The notes beneath the pieces are model-generated. The model was not told the origin of the DNA. It saw nothing but the letters and a program-made list of their open reading frames with translations, and did not search any database. Positions 40,033 to 50,456 of a stretch of 64,000 nucleotides of DNA are shown here, piece by piece (the stretch's first letter is position 1; each line of letters opens with the position of its first letter). Source of the stretch: a virus. Its lineage: Duplodnaviria > Heunggongvirae > Uroviricota > Caudoviricetes. The DNA lies in IMG/VR virus record IMGVR_UViG_3300021387_000091, positions 5,979 to 69,978 of that record; one strand, written 5' to 3'. The position numbers and the translations under genes were made by a program.

Positions 40033-41413
40033 TATCCTCAATGTTTTCAATTCCAGCATCTGCATCTCTTCCTTCTTTATCTATGAATTTAAAACATTTT
40101 AATTTAAATGCTGCAGATTTCATATTATCAATTTTAATGACCAATCCCTCATGTGCTACTTTATTTACACAATGTGGAGAGTTCATTTCCATATAAAAGT
40201 TTTTATCTGATGCAAGACGATCTATAAAGTTTTCATTCCAATGATTCTCTTTATCTAAATCCGGATATAAATCACACGCTTTTCCATAATAACATTCTTC
40301 TACAGGAATTAATCCATGCGTGTTACACCAAATCTGTACTTCTCTTGGAGAAAATTCATGAACTAAACCATCTACATTTGTTAAGGTTATTCTATAAATA
40401 CGTACCTTAAAGTGTTTTTCTGGAGTATATGTTTCTCCAGCTTTTGGAGGAACACAACCATAATCATAGCTTTTTTGAATATATCCACCATTTGGAAGAA
40501 ATCCAACAATCTCATAATAAAAAGTCATTCCCTTCTGCAGATATGGCCTTAAATATTTGTCTGCTTCTCCCCAAACATCAACGCCATAATATCCGGCGGT
40601 TACATTTTTATTATAATATTGATTCTTTATTACACTTCTAGATGAATATAGATAATCATAAATTTCTTCATAAGGCTCAAATCCTTTTCCAGAAATAAGA
40701 TTTCCAATCCTCTTTATTAGACCGATTGGATGTTTTGTTAGCACATAAGCAGAAATTCCAGATGTACCATGTATCTTATAAGATAGATGAATTAAATCAT
40801 TTGGCTGTATTGCTGTAGGCTGTTTTCTAATTAATACAGTATCATAATGATATCTGAATTGAGTATCAATAACTTTATCAAAAGATTTTAGTTTATTTTG
40901 TCTTCCTCGATAATGTTTTTGAGAACTATCTCCAGAATTATAATGTTGTACAACATATTTTTTACAAACCCAAAAAGATTTGTCATTATGCTCTACTGTA
41001 TCGAATTCTGTATTGCAATCAACATCTTTAAGTTCTATATTAGTTGAATCTAATATCCAATTATAGAAAATATCAATTGGCAAAAGAAATCCTTCCGAAA
41101 CACAGCCTCTTAATTTAATTGCTTTAACCCTACCATTATCTTCAAACATTCCAGTCTGTTCTTGATTGGAATTTCTTTCTGAGTGACGATATAAGTTAGC
41201 GAACGATAAAAATTGTGGATTGATAGTAGAGCCGGTTGGGAAATAAACATATTTACCGGGTTCATTATCAATACCAATAATAATATTATATCCATCAACA
41301 TATGTACATTTTAATTTAGTTACTTCTGGATCTGGATGTGGATGAAAATCTTTCAGTTCCACAATCTTTGCTAAATAATTAATATTAGCATTTTTTGATT
41401 TTGTCAATCTCAT
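40025..41413 (-). CDS. RNA ligase (Rnl2/DRB0094-like, N-terminal OB-like domain; 462 aa)
   Basis: Nucleotidyltransferase motifs YKIHGTS (I), YYEIVG (III), EGLVIK (IV), FKLK (V); N-terminal RVKAIKLRGCVSEG. Confidence 0.85.
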   Translation of the reverse strand: MRLTKSKNANINYLAKIVELKDFHPHPDPEVTKLKCTYVDGYNIIIGIDNEPGKYVYFPTGSTINPQFLSFANLYRHSERNSNQEQTGMFEDNGRVKAIKLRGCVSEGFLLPIDIFYNWILDSTNIELKDVDCNTEFDTVEHNDKSFWVCKKYVVQHYNSGDSSQKHYRGRQNKLKSFDKVIDTQFRYHYDTVLIRKQPTAIQPNDLIHLSYKIHGTSGISAYVLTKHPIGLIKRIGNLISGKGFEPYEEIYDYLYSSRSVIKNQYYNKNVTAGYYGVDVWGEADKYLRPYLQKGMTFYYEIVGFLPNGGYIQKSYDYGCVPPKAGETYTPEKHFKVRIYRITLTNVDGLVHEFSPREVQIWCNTHGLIPVEECYYGKACDLYPDLDKENHWNENFIDRLASDKNFYMEMNSPHCVNKVAHEGLVIKIDNMKSAAFKLKCFKFIDKEGRDADAGIENIEDNA

Positions 41414-41443
41414 ATTTTCAATTTTAAAGAAGTTAAATATATA

Positions 41444-41503
41444 AAATGAGGTTCTATTCACAAACTATATTAAACTTATATAGAATTGAAAAGAACCCCA
41501 TTT
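41444..41503 (-). promoter_or_regulatory. Long imperfect hairpin (terminator, attenuator or processing site) upstream of the RNA ligase
   Basis: Minus strand AAAUGGGGUUCU/AGAACCUCAUUU plus UUCA/UGAA and CUAUAU/AUAUAG stems, followed by UUAUAU. Confidence 0.6.
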
Positions 41504-41505
41504 AA

Positions 41506-41667
41506 TTAAAATTTGGACTTTATTTTATTATAAATATGTTCTAATGTATACCATTTTCCAGAAAGTCTAATGTCATTTGAATCTTGAAAATCTTCATTAT
41601 CATCAAGCCATTCGCTTAAATGCAGATATAAAGTAATAGCTTCAATTTCATTTAAATTAATTTCCAT
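41506..41667 (-). CDS. Small hypothetical protein (53 aa)
   Basis: ATG overlaps the YqeY gene end; TAA at 41506. Confidence 0.45.
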   Translation of the reverse strand: MEINLNEIEAITLYLHLSEWLDDNEDFQDSNDIRLSGKWYTLEHIYNKIKSKF

Positions 41668-42094
41668 TTATAAACTCAAGAATTACATTAGAATCTACTT
41701 TTTGTCCAAATTTAGAAATACAAGCTTCTTGAAACTTTTTAAAAGATGATTTCTGTTTTGGTATATCAATTAACGTATTTAAGTAATCAATTATATCCGC
41801 TTTTAATGGCTCTTTTGGAAGTCATTTTGATATAATATCAGCTTCTATTCTTTCTTGAAGACATAAATCTAATTTTCCTACATTTTGATAGATATTTTCA
41901 TTCTCTTCACGTTCTTTAAACATTCGTTTAAGAATATCTATAGTAGAAAGATTAGAATCTTTAGATGAAATATAATTAAAATCGGATTTAATATTTCTTA
42001 ATCCAGTAAGTCTATTTTCATTTCTTGCAGCACCAAGAATCATTTCATTTTGTATTTCTGTGTCAAGAAATAATATAAATTCTGTATTATTCAT
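41657..42094 (-). CDS. GatB/YqeY-domain protein (145 aa; one TGA=Trp)
   Basis: LRNIKSDF...ILKRMFKEREE...Y...G..DL...E..EADIISK[W]LP follows the YqeY pattern. Confidence 0.75.
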
Positions 42095-42527
42095 TGTTAA
42101 GATAATTAAGAATCTTGTTTCCTATTACATCAACACTATCGTTAATCCAATCAGTTTCACGATCTATAACGCCAAAAGCATCATTAATATATGAACATAG
42201 TATAAAAATTAAATCGTTTATGGAACATCCAAGATCTGTATTCCACATGTCTATATTTATGTCATAGAATTTTGACATTGCTAAATGAACGTTTTTGATG
42301 GTATTTACAATAAACCAAATATCCTCTTTTGTTAAAGGATAAAGTGCATCAGTATCATCGTTAACCTGATTATCTTCAGGACGACATTTTGGTTCTTCAC
42401 ACTGTTTATTACTTTTAACTTTTATTTCAGAGACCATCTTATCAATAGGTGTTCCTGTTACAATTGAAAGTAGTTGTACGATAGGATCACTTTTTAGTTT
42501 ATCAATTTGTTCTTGTGTGTATTCCAT
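42087..42527 (-). CDS. Hypothetical protein (146 aa)
   Basis: ORF track; tight operon packing. Confidence 0.6.
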   Translation of the reverse strand: MEYTQEQIDKLKSDPIVQLLSIVTGTPIDKMVSEIKVKSNKQCEEPKCRPEDNQVNDDTDALYPLTKEDIWFIVNTIKNVHLAMSKFYDINIDMWNTDLGCSINDLIFILCSYINDAFGVIDRETDWINDSVDVIGNKILNYLNNE

Positions 42528-42528
42528 T

Positions 42529-42696
42529 TTATTTGAATATATTTTTAATTATTAAACCAGGATTATCATTTGACGACCAATAACACGTATTATTCTTTTT
42601 ATCACAATACATTGTATGTGGATTAGCAAGAATTTCTTTTCTTTGATTTGCGCTAAGCGTTTTACTACGTGTTTTAATTTGTACTAATCGTTGCAT
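42529..42696 (-). CDS. Small basic hypothetical protein (55 aa)
   Basis: Manual translation, ATG to TAA; fills the gap between neighbours. Confidence 0.4.
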   Translation of the reverse strand: MQRLVQIKTRSKTLSANQRKEILANPHTMYCDKKNNTCYWSSNDNPGLIIKNIFK

Positions 42697-42875
42697 ATCT
42701 CGTAACATGAATTTATTTCTTCTATAATTTCTTCATCGGGAGGTACAGGCTCTGTTTCAAAAGCATAATCAAACCCACTTCAATTATCTACACCTGCGTG
42801 TTCAAGTGCATAATATTTATATGCAATCGTTGTAAGGTCAAAAAGATCTTCTTCGGATATTTTATAATAAGTCAT
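42684..42875 (-). CDS. Small acidic hypothetical protein (63 aa; TGA=Trp)
   Basis: MTYYKISEEDL...ALEHAGVDN[W]SGFDYA; TAATG overlap with the ligase stop. Confidence 0.6.
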
Positions 42876-45062
42876 TAGTCTAAATCAGATTTTCAACGAA
42901 CAGCTTTAAATACTGGAAGATTAGGTACAGGGTGCTCAGTATTTGTCATTCCAAAATATTTAACTGTACCCATTTGTCCAACTATTTCATCAAGATGTTC
43001 TCTATACCATTGTTTCTGTGCACGATCTCCAACAGGTTTTGCTTTAAATGGTGTACCATCTTCTGTTTCCATTGTAAAACACATATCTTCCTCTCTTAGT
43101 CCTTCAGCAATACCTGTAATTAAAAATTCTCCATCCGTGAAGATTTTAATTTTCATCATTCTATTATCTCTAGCTCCGGGCTTATATTCTTTTTCCGGAT
43201 CTCGTACAACCAAACCCTCATAACCAGCGGCTATTGCTTCATCATGCATTTGCATAATTTGATCCAATCCTTTGACAGGTCTATGCTCTACAAAAACAAT
43301 TCTAGAGTTATCTGGTCTGGAATTATTTAGTTCTCCGAGTTTTCTCGCCCTAAGTTTAAATGGAGACTGTGTATCTACAATATCATAACAATGAAAAACT
43401 AATTCTTTGTGTTCTTCTTCAAGAGTTTCTTTACGACAAAGTCCACTAATCTTCTGAAGGTTTCATAGATGGCGATATATTTCACCATCAAGAATTATTT
43501 CTGGATTTTCTTTAAAGATTTGTTTTACATAAGGATCTTCTCGAATGTAAGTTGCAGGAATATCATAATCCTGCCCACCTCTAGAAGAAGTACGAACTTC
43601 TCCATCTCGCATAAAGAGTAAACAACGTACCATAATTATATTAACTCTGAGACTCTTTATTCTCAGATTCTGCAGATTCTATATTCTCTGCAGTTTGGAC
43701 TATATCTTCAGTATATTTCTTTAAATAATTTGGAATATTTTTGCAAAACATATGTAATTGTTCAAAAGAAGCATTTTGTTTCATTGTATTTGCCATCATA
43801 GAAATAATGCAAACATTTCCTTTTATATATCCTTTTTCTGGAATTATTTTATCTAAAGAAGGAACATTTTCAGGATGTTCTCAACGGATAGATTCTCTTC
43901 AATTTAATGGTGTTTCAAGAATAGGACATTTTTCCGGAATAATCAAATCGTCTAATGTAATATTAAACGGAATGTTTGCTTTATCTGCTCTATTTTTTGC
44001 ATGTCTCAACATTTCTTTTAAATATTGTTCTTCCGTTAAAACACTTTTTGTTTTATGCTCTGTTTGTCATTGTTGTTTTCGTTCCTTCACCTCTGGTCTA
44101 GCATTGTATTCTGTCCAAGATGCACTAACTTTATCCAGATTATTTTTCTTTCACTCTCTACGTTTTGCATTCTCTTCTGCATGTCTTGCAGGATCTGCCA
44201 TAACTCGCTTATGATACTCTCGATCCTGTTCTTTTTTACATTCTCTACACAGAGTATTGTGACCACAAGAATTTCGTTTATCCGTACAAAATTCATCAAT
44301 AGGTTTAATTTGTCCACAAACTCTGCATTTATTATGTGTTCTATTTGCACCTTTGAGAATGATTTCTTCAGTTTCAGTTAAATTTTCAATTTGCATAATA
44401 CTAAATTTTAATTTGTTATTATACAAATATACAAAAATAATCTGACACCATCAAGTTATTTGATAAAATTTTAAAGAAATATACTGTTCCGTTTTCGTGG
44501 TACTTTACCGTCCAAATTTTGGATTCCTTGTACTAGTCTCTACACCTTTTAAGTATTACTACTTAACTTGGCTCGGTATTTCCATCACAGGATTCACCGA
44601 ATTTACGGAATTTAAAGACGGCATACGTTAAATTTTACCGTCATGCTTATAGCTTGCTAATCACTGTTTGTCTGTTTGTGAAGGTTTATCTCTGTCCATA
44701 ACCTTACAGAGCATTGGTTTTATCATTCCGGATTGATCTGTGTTTTCAGTAGGAAGTGCATCTTCTGCAGCCTGAAGTGTAAGATCTACAATACCAAGAT
44801 CTTTAATATTTTTATAGCCTTTGTCCAGATATTTTTTAAGTTCACTTTTATATTGAAGAGTTGCTTGTTCTGTTACTGTTCTTTGTGCTTTTCCCATTTT
44901 AATAATGATTGGTGGTGCAATAACCTGTTTTCCATTTATCAAACCACTTGAACGCTCTATTACATATGCATGTAATGGATCAGATCAGTCACATGAAATA
45001 TCGACTCTTCTACATTTGCCTTTTGCATCTCTAGCAATCAACAGATCTTTGAAACTCGCCAT
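42875..45062 (-). CDS. ATP-dependent DNA ligase, spliced: exon 1 45062-44637, exon 2 43630-42875 (393 aa; TGA=Trp)
   Basis: Joining gives YKHDG|VRCL (motif I), followed by LDGEIY, FHCYDIV, EGLVVR and MMKIK. Both exons are whole numbers of codons (142 + 252). Confidence 0.9.
43641..44396 (-). CDS. Intron-encoded HNH-type homing endonuclease (251 aa; four TGA=Trp)
   Basis: N-terminal CxxC...CxxC; C-terminal CPIL...PSLDKIIPEKGYIKGNVCIISMMANTMK. Confidence 0.8.
44424..44455 (-). promoter_or_regulatory. Intron-internal Bacteroidota-type promoter for the HNH gene
   Basis: CTTG, 20-nt spacer, TATATTTG; 28 nt upstream of ATG 44396. Confidence 0.7.
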
Positions 45063-45300
45063 AATTTGCCCAATTTAAAGGATGTCCACCAGTTGATTCA
45101 GCAGATGTTGCATTTTTATAAAAATCAAAATCTGTTTGAACGTATGGTGAATCTTTAGTAATTTTAGCTTTAGCTATATCGCGAATATTGTTTATTTCGT
45201 GAATTAATCTTTCGGCTGACGCTACTTCAATTTTATTATTTTCTAATTCTTGAAGTATAATATTCAAAAGTTTATTTAATGCAAGCTCTATATCTTTCAT
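45031..45300 (-). CDS. Hypothetical protein (89 aa)
   Basis: ORF track; overlaps the ligase start. Confidence 0.55.
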   Translation of the reverse strand: MKDIELALNKLLNIILQELENNKIEVASAERLIHEINNIRDIAKAKITKDSPYVQTDFDFYKNATSAESTGGHPLNWANYGEFQRSVDC

Positions 45301-45812
45301 TATTTACCAGTACTTCCAAATCCTCCAGAACCTCTTTCTGTTTCGTCAAGGTTTTCTACTTCATTAAAATGTATAGTTGGATAAGGAAGAATCATTATCT
45401 GACCAACCTTATCACCAACACAATACCAATCACAAGCATTCCATTGGTAATTAGCAGCGCTTCCTGGATTAACAATAGATGTTGTTGTCCATTGATAATT
45501 GGTCCCTTCACAAGGCTCATTTTCAATACGATAATTACGTTTAAAACGTAATTTTAATTCTCCTCTATAACCGGAATCTAGAACCCCTACGGAATTAGCA
45601 AGAGACAAGTCATATTTACTTACAGAACTTCTTGGGAAAATTAGCATTACATATCCATCTGGTAGTTCAAAGGAAAGACCTGTACCATATTCAATATATT
45701 TATCTGTTACATTGATAGATACAGCTGTTACATCCATTCCTGCATCTCCAAAATGAGCATATGTAGGAATTACAGCTTCTGGAACAAGCTTTTTAACATT
45801 AACATTAATCAT
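45300..45812 (-). CDS. dut: Trimeric dUTPase
   Basis: AGMDV, PRSS, GVLDSGYRGE, GQIMI and RGSGGFGSTG (motifs I-V). Confidence 0.95.
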   Translation of the reverse strand: MINVNVKKLVPEAVIPTYAHFGDAGMDVTAVSINVTDKYIEYGTGLSFELPDGYVMLIFPRSSVSKYDLSLANSVGVLDSGYRGELKLRFKRNYRIENEPCEGTNYQWTTTSIVNPGSAANYQWNACDWYCVGDKVGQIMILPYPTIHFNEVENLDETERGSGGFGSTGK

Positions 45813-46032
45813 AATTTATATAATTTTCATTGTCATAAACTTTCTTTTTTAACAATTCATCATAAGTATATAAAATTGTTTGAAAGTCATCTTCTAGTAA
45901 AATCCAAGAAACCTCGGAGTCTTTGTAGCAAAGAGTATTGTATACAAAGTCTTCGAGGTTTTCTATATTTTCGGGAACATTTCTAACTATCTCTACATTC
46001 CCAAGTTCATAATTCAGTACAACTACTTGCAT
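45805..46032 (-). CDS. Hypothetical protein (75 aa)
   Basis: ORF track. Confidence 0.55.
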   Translation of the reverse strand: MQVVVLNYELGNVEIVRNVPENIENLEDFVYNTLCYKDSEVSWILLEDDFQTILYTYDELLKKKVYDNENYINYD

Positions 46033-46050
46033 ATGTTTAATGACTTTTCG

Positions 46051-46338
46051 TTATTCTATAGTAAAATCAGCATCAAGTTCATCAAAGCCTTCTGGAGCTG
46101 GACATTGTTCTTCAATCAATGGTCAGAAATCAGTATTGTCAAAAACTGGTTCACTGCAATAATCTCCATCTTCATCATATCATTCATCTAACTGATAATC
46201 AGAAGTTTTTACTTTAATCTTTTTGCCTATACTATATCACACATAAAGTTCAACTTCTATCTCTGGATTTTTAACTTCGTTATATGGAGCTCTTGGGTCA
46301 TTTGCAGCACCAAGAGGATAATCACCTGTACTATTCAC
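46051..46338 (-). CDS. Small acidic hypothetical protein (95 aa; three TGA=Trp)
   Basis: GTG start; YPLGAANDPRAPYN motif; open only with TGA readthrough. Confidence 0.55.
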
Positions 46339-46549
46339 AATCAGAACTAGTTAATATTAATTTACCATCTTTATATACATATTCATCTGTACAAAATTCA
46401 TCAAAGTCAGCCAATCGAATAGCCTGATATTGATTTGCAGGATGAGATAATTCCATAGCTTCTGCTATTTGTTTAAAGTTTCAGTCATTTGGAACATCTT
46501 TAATATGATAAAGACATTTAAAAAATTTATCAAATATTATTACTTGCAT
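46331..46549 (-). CDS. Hypothetical protein (72 aa; one TGA=Trp)
   Basis: Manual translation, ATG to TAG. Confidence 0.5.
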
Positions 46550-46743
46550 TTTACATATAATGTACAGTGACATATATCGTTTTCACGATATTCTTTGCAT
46601 GGACACAATCTATCTTCATGTGTTAAACCTGGATTTTGACAAGGACACTCTCCATTATTTAATTCGCAACGTTTTAAAATTGCATTTACAATTTTATCGT
46701 TTGGATTTAAATTTCATCCTTCTTTTCTAAGAATTTGTATCAT
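46540..46743 (-). CDS. Ferredoxin:thioredoxin reductase catalytic-subunit-like protein (67 aa; one TGA=Trp)
   Basis: G[W]NLNPND...GECPC...LCPC...ICHCTLY: CPC/CPC/CHC signature. Confidence 0.8.
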
Positions 46744-47083
46744 TTACTAATTGTTTTATTTCTGTTAATGTAAAATCTCCTTCAAATCATTCTCCAAATT
46801 TATCATGATATAAGTCATATATTCAATCCAAAATATACTCAAAGTATGATTTACAACAATCTATGTACTTTAATATTACGTCTGCTTCTTCGTTTGATAT
46901 TTCTTTGAAATATAAAGTTTTTGGAGGAATATCGAAATCTATATTATCAAAATATTTTCAAAAATCTTTACACTTTCATAGGTATTCTAATATCTCTTTT
47001 TCTTTTTCTGTTAATATATCAAGATATGTATTATCTCACATTTCAACATAATGTACATTAAAGTGTCATAAATATTTACTCAT
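46727..47083 (-). CDS. Hypothetical protein (118 aa; six TGA=Trp, no TGG)
   Basis: ATG overlaps the nrdG stop; TAG overlaps the FTR start; open only in code 4. Confidence 0.6.
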
Positions 47084-47558
47084 TTCAAAACTTATTAGTT
47101 ATATCATATCATTCATTTGGATAAGCACTCATTTTTTTTAAAATTGTGCCTTTTGCATAAAGTTTTTGATTCGTTGTTTTAGAAGTAAGTGGTCCAAGTT
47201 CTTCAATATACGGCCCAACTTTTATATAATCAAAAATTTGATACATTTTTGGTTTTTGCATTCCTGAGTATCAAGCAATTCTTATATTTGGATAATATTC
47301 TTTGACTCAAGTTGCAATATCTACAAGTTCATTTGGATTTGCGTCTCCGCCCATAAAGCATATACAAGTAATGCCACCTCTATTAGATGTCATTAAATCC
47401 TGTATGGCGGTTTTAGTAAGTTTATCTCCGATATCTTCTCAAAGATATTTAGAATGACATCCAGGACACTTGCAAGGACAATTAGATATATTTAAACAAA
47501 GCGTAATTTCATCCGGAATTTCGGAAAAAGTTACAACGGCATCAACATATTTTAACAT
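47076..47558 (-). CDS. nrdG: Anaerobic RNR activating enzyme (radical SAM; 160 aa; TGA=Trp)
   Basis: FSEIPDEITLCLNISNCPCKCPGCHS (CxxxCxxC), FMGGD, YIKVGPY. Confidence 0.9.
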
Positions 47559-49696
47559 TTTAAATTACTTGCTGGATGATATATTCTAGTTAGTGCTTCT
47601 TTATAACGCTCTTTATCAAATTTAGGAACTGGTCTTAAATATCCTATAATTCTAGTTCAATCAGTAGTCTCCTTACTTCCACATTTTGGACATATGTCAA
47701 AATGATGTTTTTCAATATGTCCACATTTATCACACTGACAATTAGGGACATTAAAAGTAAAATATGAACATCCAACTTCAATAGCATAATTTATTAAATA
47801 CTCATATTGTTTTTGGGAAAGATGTTCTTCAAGATTACAGTGTAATCCAACTCCACCATCCATTAAACCTGTAAATTCACGACCGTGTAATTTAAATCGA
47901 TCAAGTATTGATGTATTTGGATCAGAAGCAAGATAAAAATAAGAATTATAAAGATTTCTATCGGAAGGAACCCAATATCCATCATTCTTATCTCAATTAT
48001 AATTCTTAGAAGAGAGACTCTCGGCAGGTACAAATTCTTGGTTGAATTGGAATTTCTTTGTAGAATTTTTACGATTTAATTCACTAATCGTACCAGTAAT
48101 TAGTTGACAGAATTTCTTATAATTTTCATTATATGAACACTTAATTCCTAAAAATTCAGCTGCTTCATTAATTCCATTTAATCCAACTGTAGAATAAAGT
48201 TTAGACATTGAAATATATCCAGCTTTACTTGCAGTAAACATTCCATTAGCTTCCCATTCATATAACATTGTTTTATATGCAATATGGTATTTATGAACTC
48301 TTTCAACGACTTCCGTTAATGCATATTTAATATCATTAAAAGCTGCACCTAAATCATGATTATCTTTTACTGCAGTTTGAACAAGTCTATTTAAATTAAT
48401 TGTAATAACATTACATGAACCAGTTTGAACTCCAGTTAATCCGTTTGTAAATGTAAATACATTTTCATTTATTTGATTACGGAGCCTACAACATGAAGCT
48501 AATGAATCAGGATTATCTGATAAATAAGTAAAGAAACTATGCCCTTCAGCATACATTTCTGATGTAAGTTGCTTATAGTTCTTATCAATTACATCCTTTC
48601 CATCAGTAAGTAGAGCCATTGTTTCTACTGGGAACGTTAATAATGTTTTAGAACGGGTCTTATTAAACCAATGAATAAATTTTCGTTGAAGATAATCAAT
48701 CCTTCTTCACTCTGGTTTAGAACCATCTGGAAATACAAACTCATCAAATAGAGCATGCCAATAATTCTCATCATAATAAGATATATTAGTAAAAGGACTT
48801 TGTGCACCTCTATTTCCTGCAGGTTGATTTCAATTAAAGACAACATGTTGAAACTGTTGCTCAATTTTTTGCCCAATAGTCTTTGGTTTTTTAACTACTT
48901 CTGGATTATCAGCCAATTTATCTTCCTTTAGATCATATTCTTCCCCATAATCCATTACAGCAAAATGATCAAAGAAATTAAAAAATTCTCCAAATGCCAC
49001 TGCTCCCTTACATTGTGAAGCAAGCAAAAATGTTGCATTTACCAATTGTCCACAGAAAGAATCCAAATGATCAGGAGCTTCTGTACTAGTTCCATCTAAG
49101 GAACCTGTGCCTTCAAGTAAAGGATATAATGTAACAGCTTCACAATAATTTTTAATTACTGGAGTTGATGCTTCATCATGAGAATAAATTATATGAGAAG
49201 TTAAGTCAGTTAAGTACTGCTCTGCTAATTCTTTTCCATATAACTTTTCAATTTCATCATAAAGTATTGTGCGCTGTGTTTTACGATTTTCAAACTTATA
49301 TACTTCCGATTCCATATTTGCAACATTTTTTAAATTCATGTTTGCGTTTGGATCAGAAGCACTTGATGTAGCCGCATTTTCTCCATTTAGTTGATAATCT
49401 TTCATATATTGAATACGTTTACGACGTGCACGTTCTTCTGCATGTTCATCACGATATTTAATATATGCTCTAGCTACATCGAATCATTTAAATTCCATTA
49501 ATGTATCTTCAACAAAATCCTGAAGATATTCAACGTTTTTATCTTCATCGAATGTACTTGATACAACTCTTAAATAATCAATTAGATCGTCTGGTGCTTC
49601 CCAATTATATACTGCAATAAATGCTTTATTTACTGCATTTTTTATTTTGCTAAAATCAAACGGTTGTAGTGTTCCGTCTCTTTTTATTACGTTCAT
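47552..49696 (-). CDS. nrdD: Class III anaerobic ribonucleoside-triphosphate reductase with ATP cone (714 aa; TGA=Trp)
   Basis: VIKRDG ATP cone; SCCRL; GSCNVITIN; Zn site CxCxxCG...CPxCG; glycyl-radical RIIGYL; fragments in frame. Confidence 0.95.
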
Positions 49697-49697
49697 A

Positions 49698-50456
49698 TTA
49701 TAGATTAAATAGTGAATTTAGCAGAAGTGTAGATTCAATATTATTAAAGAAATTTTTGCTATCTCTAATAATTTCTGTAAATGCATTATAATAATTAAAT
49801 ACACTACACTGTTCTGTATCTTTTACATAATACGGAGACCTAGTATCTACATATACATCCTTAAAAGCATCCACTACTGTTGCAACTGACAATTTTGTTT
49901 TGCCAGATAAATTGCTTCATTCAAGATTCATTACTTTTTCAATCTGTTCACCAAGAAGTAAATGAATAGAATCTGGATCTCTATCCAAAAAAGTATTTTT
50001 CATCTTACGAAGTCTTATTTCCACATCATTTGTGGCCTCCATTAAACTCTTAATTGAGTACTTAAACGATTCTCCTTCTTGAAGTTCTGTAACAGATAAT
50101 CATGACGGATTAAATACGCATAAATTTAAACATGCATTATTCAAATAATGTCTGGCAACTTTATAAACTGGAGTGCGTACATCCAATCCATATAGCAAAC
50201 TATAAACTTCCGAATGATTATCAATTGTATATTTCTCTGGCATTACTGCCTGAATCCAAACTCTATTATATGTTATATCTTCATCACCATCTGTAACTGT
50301 AATTTGATTTGGAGTTTGAACATTTACGATGAATTTATCTGTAAATTTAGCCATCTCATCGAAAAATGGCTGAACATAATCTGCCGTAGAAAGGTATTGT
50401 TTACCTTTAATAATTGTAGGTTTACCTTTAAGCAGTAATTCCGGCGTTATTTCCAT
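49698..50456 (-). CDS. Conserved crAss-like protein, DUF932-like (252 aa; TGA=Trp)
   Basis: Fragments 50100-50456 and 49698-49892 are in frame via TGA; ACLNLCVF motif. Confidence 0.6.

Larger units (their letters stand above)
43631..44636 (-). mobile_element. Group I self-splicing intron in the DNA ligase gene (1006 nt)
   Basis: The 5' exon ends in U; P1 GACGGU/GCCGUC has a U-G splice pair; P10 AACGUAU pairs with exon 2 GUACGUU; R element GUAGAGACUA, S element AAGAUAUAGUC, terminal G at 43631. Confidence 0.92.
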
